16,617 nucleotides of DNA, taken from a virus. How positions within the stretch are numbered: the first letter of the stretch is position 1; each line of letters opens with the position of its first letter. This document shows, one piece after another, positions 14,101 to 16,617 of the stretch. The notes under the pieces were generated by a model, which did not search any database, was not told the DNA's origin, and worked only from the letters and a program-made list of their open reading frames with translations. The translations under genes were made by a program, and so were the position numbers. The DNA is taken from IMG/VR virus record IMGVR_UViG_3300029913_000003, positions 192,001 through 208,617 of that record. One strand, given 5' to 3'.

Positions 14101-16617
14101 AAAGCTTAACTAATGGTACGTTATCTGGTGGAACTTCTTGGACTGCAACAAATGATTGTACTTTAGTATCTAATAACGCAACTTGGACTTTTTCTGGTGG
14201 AACTGCTTCAACTCTTACACAAACGAATGCTAATTTAACAGTTGCAGGAGTAGGATATAGATGGTATAAATTTGTTTATACAGTATCAGCTATTTCTGGA
14301 ACTCCATCTGCATCAATAACAACATCTTTTGGCGGATCAACAACTTCTCTTACTATAACAGCTGGAGCACAAACTACTTATTTTAAAGCAGCTACTACAC
14401 CTACTGATTTTGTTATTACTTCTACTTTGGTATCAGGACAGACATTCACATTGGGTACGTTTTCGTTAAAAGAAGTTCAAGGTGGAAATTTAATAACTGG
14501 TGGATTGTTAACTGGTGGAGGTACAACTGGTATTAAAGTTTTAGCAAATGGAAATGTTGGAATTGGAACAACTACTCCTGGACAATTACTTGAAGTAAAT
14601 AATGGGCACATAAATGTTTTAAATACCAATTATGGACTTCTATTAGCTTCTAATCAAGCTCTAACTAGGAATGGAGCAAAACTTGTACTTGCTAACTCAA
14701 GTGCATTTACTTCTATGGGGTTGAGTACCGTAGGAGTTGAAAGAATTTCTATTGATAGTTCAGGGAACGTAGGTATTGGAGTAACTCCAACGTCTATGCT
14801 TACTCAAAAATCTACAACCGCATTAGAATCTGCTACGTTAGGAACTGAATTAACAGCTTCTGGAGATACTTGGGGATTAGCAACAACTAAAAGCATAACT
14901 GCTTTTGCAAATTATGGATCTACTGTTGCTGGAACAGTTGAAGTAACTTCAAATGCTCATGGATTTCCAGCTGGAACAACAACTAATGTTGTAATATCAG
15001 GAACTACTAATTATAATGGTACATACACAATAACATATATTGATGTTAATAACTTTTATATTACGGCAACTTGGGTATCGAACGATGCAACTGGAACTGC
15101 AACTCAAACTGGTTGGTCTGGAACTTATGCTGGTGGATACACACACTCAACTGGAAATACAACAGCATTAACTGATTCTACATTGGTTCCAGTGGTTGGT
15201 AATTTATACCAAATAACTTATACAGTAACAAATAGGACGACAGGAACATTTACGATTACATTCGGCGGAGTTACATCTTATACTTATTCAGCAACAGGCT
15301 CATATGGTCCTAAAGCTGCAACAGTAGGAACATTAACTATTGCTCCAACGACTGATTTTAATGGCACAATAATACTTTCAATTAAATTAATTGCATCATA
15401 TTCTCCTATTTATGTTATTCAAGATAGTTCTTCTGCTAATACATTAGAAATTCGTAGTTCTTTAAATACTTCAGTAAATTTATTCATAGGTAAAAACTCT
15501 GGAAGATATAATACAACAGGTATTAATAATACTTCACTTGGATCTGGAGCGTTACCGATAAATTCAACTGGATTTAATAATGTTGCAATTGGTGGTAGTG
15601 CTATGCAAGCGAATACAGCTGGATTTTCTAATATCTCTATAGGTTTTAATTCCCTTTTAAGCAATACTGTCGGTTATGCCAATACATCAATTGGTAATGC
15701 AACTCTACAAAATAATTCTATTGGTTATTATAACACAGCAGTTGGTATAAGTGTTCTTGTCACTAACACAGCTGGGTATTATAATACAGGCATTGGAGCA
15801 AGCGCGCTTAGTTCAAATTCTACTGGATATTATAACACTGCGATAGGAATTAATTCTATTAATTTAAATACTACTGGTTTTTATAATACTGCATTAGGTG
15901 GTAATTCTCTTAGTTCAAATTCAGTTGGATCATACAATACTGCTGTTGGCTATTCATCGATAAGTAATATTGTATCTTCATATAATACTGCTATTGGTTA
16001 TATATCTGGTCGTTATATAACTGGAGGGGTAACAACTAATATCAATTCTTATAATTCTGTCTATATTGGAGCAAATACAATGGCATCTGCTGATGGCAAT
16101 TCAAATGAAATAGTAATTGGATATAACGCAACTGGTAATGGAAGTAACTCAGTAACATTAGGTAATACATTAATTACTAAAACTATTTTACAGGGTAATA
16201 CTGGTATTGGCGGATATACAACTCCTTTACATTTCTTAGATAATACTCAAACTCAGAATCAACGCACTGTTTATGGATTAAACGTGGTGATGAATGCTAC
16301 TAATCTTCAACAAGATATAGTATCTACAGGTAATGATGAACCACTTTTAAATCAATACTATGCCTGGAAATTTACCGCAAGTGCTGCAAACACAATGGGT
16401 TCGTTATCAGTTAGATTGAAGAAAATAGGTACTGTTACAAATACAACAGATTATATTAGACTTAAATTATATTCAGATACAGGTACAGCCCCAAATGCTT
16501 TATTATACACTTCTGATCAGGTTAAAATGGGCACATTAACGACTTCTTATGTTGAATACTTGTTTGGTGGAGACTATACGATGGTTAATGGTACTTCATA
16601 TTGGTTAGTAGTTGAAA
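11133..16617 (+). CDS. Giant fibre/adhesin-like protein of more than 1828 aa. It is 3'-truncated by the window edge. It carries tail-fibre-like repeats and YadA-head-like beta-helical repeats.
   Basis: The ATG is at 11133 (MSTRLDANDRLKGL...) and the frame stays open to the last base, verified at 13380 and 16560. All ORFs the track lists in this span are antisense or off-frame shadows. The fibre contains 18-aa tandem repeats LTGETFDRISGDTxLNxL at about 11755-12390, five SGNVGIGTTTP(G/D)..L-type motifs from 13681 to 14790, and N-T-A-(I/V)-G 14-15-aa repeats at about 15520-16000. The composition is G/T/N/S-rich throughout. Confidence 0.8.
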   Translation, partial: MSTRLDANDRLKGLSFKKPCIVATLENVNLTGSTNVIDGVSLNLNDRILVINQIDQIDNGIYIVSNVGTGSDGVLLRANDFSTSDDIFAGINIYILSGDTYNDSYFILNTENPILDITPLFFSNKKMLDTQNVSNNQVLLYNNNSIIGYTGLTYDGNTLDINGNVNITGNTTVIGNIISNTISVTGGTSTQFLKADGSIDSTSYTDFNLFTGETFDRISGDTYLNNLLTGETFDRLSGDTFLNELLTGETFDRISGDTFLTELLTGETFDRISGDTVLNDLITGLTSTVNNNYNLLTGETFNRISGDTVLNDLIEELSINAQNQMNNEINNRISGDTLLNNLLTGETFDRISGDTFLNELLTGETFDRISGDTILNNLITGLTSTVTDNYNLLTGETFNRISGDTFLNNLITGLTQNIINNYVPYTGSTSNIDLGYNNLTASSIIKSGGTSNQFLKADGTIDITTYSNTGHSHYQLFQPNGTTPFVYTDNGGSFHIDGNIIQSGSTYETHTEQIYTTKDYIYLRSGATSGLPDGQYAGFTAKLYDGSNDGQLVFDNKGFARVGDVGSLLKLAAIQETPTDTQFTYYDAATYSLKTRAFLSGDITTALGFTPYNATNPSNYITIGSVPVVATTTPLINGIAAIGASGKWADGAHVHPVDTSRQVALSGTGFVKSTSGTISYDTSTYIPVTGNTNTINLGVNNLTVDTNTLFVDSVHHYLGITTNNPNASVDIGGFGTPSDYGGGTGTAKVLIADNATGSSGVQMYNSNSGTASDFRFAIFNNNKNEYMAFSTPADTNTNTLFGFARSTSNYLFNNLNGVGGTLRNLTIGTVGSSDLIFGTNNVENLRIKSGGNVGIGTTTPGTLLEISNSANISINSILRIRDINTGGSYFDIGSANGSSGLFINQGSTKIMQIRSSGNVGFGTSSTPNARFNIYKSGIIDYFNITSSVDGDVMVILNNGNVGIGATTPDQKLSVWGGSQNIIDPTTLGSESLTNGTLSGGTSWTATNDCTLVSNNATWTFSGGTASTLTQTNANLTVAGVGYRWYKFVYTVSAISGTPSASITTSFGGSTTSLTITAGAQTTYFKAATTPTDFVITSTLVSGQTFTLGTFSLKEVQGGNLITGGLLTGGGTTGIKVLANGNVGIGTTTPGQLLEVNNGHINVLNTNYGLLLASNQALTRNGAKLVLANSSAFTSMGLSTVGVERISIDSSGNVGIGVTPTSMLTQKSTTALESATLGTELTASGDTWGLATTKSITAFANYGSTVAGTVEVTSNAHGFPAGTTTNVVISGTTNYNGTYTITYIDVNNFYITATWVSNDATGTATQTGWSGTYAGGYTHSTGNTTALTDSTLVPVVGNLYQITYTVTNRTTGTFTITFGGVTSYTYSATGSYGPKAATVGTLTIAPTTDFNGTIILSIKLIASYSPIYVIQDSSSANTLEIRSSLNTSVNLFIGKNSGRYNTTGINNTSLGSGALPINSTGFNNVAIGGSAMQANTAGFSNISIGFNSLLSNTVGYANTSIGNATLQNNSIGYYNTAVGISVLVTNTAGYYNTGIGASALSSNSTGYYNTAIGINSINLNTTGFYNTALGGNSLSSNSVGSYNTAVGYSSISNIVSSYNTAIGYISGRYITGGVTTNINSYNSVYIGANTMASADGNSNEIVIGYNATGNGSNSVTLGNTLITKTILQGNTGIGGYTTPLHFLDNTQTQNQRTVYGLNVVMNATNLQQDIVSTGNDEPLLNQYYAWKFTASAANTMGSLSVRLKKIGTVTNTTDYIRLKLYSDTGTAPNALLYTSDQVKMGTLTTSYVEYLFGGDYTMVNGTSYWLVVE
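11755..12390 (+). repeat. 54-bp (18-aa) tandem repeat array inside the fibre gene. Copies of ttaacaggtgaaacatttgatagaat(t/a)(t/a)caggagatacattttt are interrupted by two NNYNLLTGETFNRISGDT variants.
   Basis: I read the array directly. It is flanked by two roughly 60-nt related segments encoding (T/S)GGTS(T/N)QFLKADG(S/T)ID at about 11680-11740 and about 12470-12530. Confidence 0.85.

Noticed and set aside
15419-15664. 81-aa minus-strand ORF
   Set aside because: It is antisense to the YadA-like repeat region of the fibre gene.
1425-16617. Invertible tail-fibre shufflon (Gin/Cin-like serine invertase acting on fibre gene segments)
   Set aside because: The recombinase has the IS607 TnpA domain order (HTH N-terminal, catalytic C-terminal) and is paired with tnpB. 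It lies about 9 kb from the fibre gene, and I saw no inverted crossover sites flanking fibre segments.
1-16617. Mycoplasma/Spiroplasma-type genetic code (TGA=Trp) as the explanation for extreme AT-richness
   Set aside because: tnpA terminates with TGA exactly where the recombinase domain ends. The long ORFs are consistent with standard stops, and there is no evidence for recoding.
1-16617. tRNA or other structured RNA genes
   Set aside because: There are no GC-enriched islands or cloverleaf-compatible segments. The only G/C-containing intergenic spots are the CG-centred palindrome and the hairpins noted above.

Overview
This is a very AT-rich window (roughly three quarters A+T by eye) with tightly packed, N/I/K/Y-rich ORFs on both strands. 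I checked eleven start codons and none has a recognisable Shine-Dalgarno sequence. Intergenic DNA is almost pure A/T and carries hairpins and inverted repeats. One convergent gene pair is separated by a perfect AT-rich stem-loop. Taken together this looks like a large AT-rich virus. The likeliest candidates are a Mimiviridae-like giant virus or a phage of an SD-less host such as Bacteroidetes, and I cannot decide between them from sequence alone. Left to right the window holds five blocks. (1) The left end holds a partial IS607-family element on the minus strand: a tnpA (MerR-HTH plus serine recombinase) followed by a tnpB/Fanzor-like gene with RuvC motifs. The tnpB is not in the ORF track because it runs off the window start. 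A 36-bp tandem duplication sits exactly at the tnpA/tnpB junction, and an 18-bp perfect palindrome lies upstream of tnpA. (2) Next on the minus strand is an 827-aa low-complexity protein, then a 248-aa protein whose C-terminal half resembles the NAD-binding lobe of Tpt1/KptA RNA 2'-phosphotransferase (an ADP-ribosyltransferase fold). (3) A plus-strand cluster follows: two tandem paralogues (true starts 5544 and 6325, sharing a conserved N-terminal domain and differing at the C terminus) and three small ORFs. (4) After a minus-strand gene with a K/E-rich tail comes a plus-strand collagen-like protein built from G-X-Y tracts, three 94-aa modules and a (GSS)n microsatellite. (5) A 16-bp x4 tandem repeat then precedes a giant fibre/adhesin-like ORF that is more than 1828 codons long. 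It starts at 11133, runs off the right edge and is absent from the ORF track. It is built from several repeat classes: 18-aa tandem repeats, five GNVGIGTTTP-type motifs, and YadA-head-like NTAIG repeats. The most interesting higher-order signal is a host-attachment-like module (paralogous adaptor-like proteins, a collagen-like protein and a giant beta-helical fibre) sitting next to an IS607 tnpA/tnpB (omega/Fanzor-type candidate RNA-guided nuclease) in a genome with eukaryotic-virus-like expression signals. I cannot run homology searches, so all product calls rest on motif recognition from memory.
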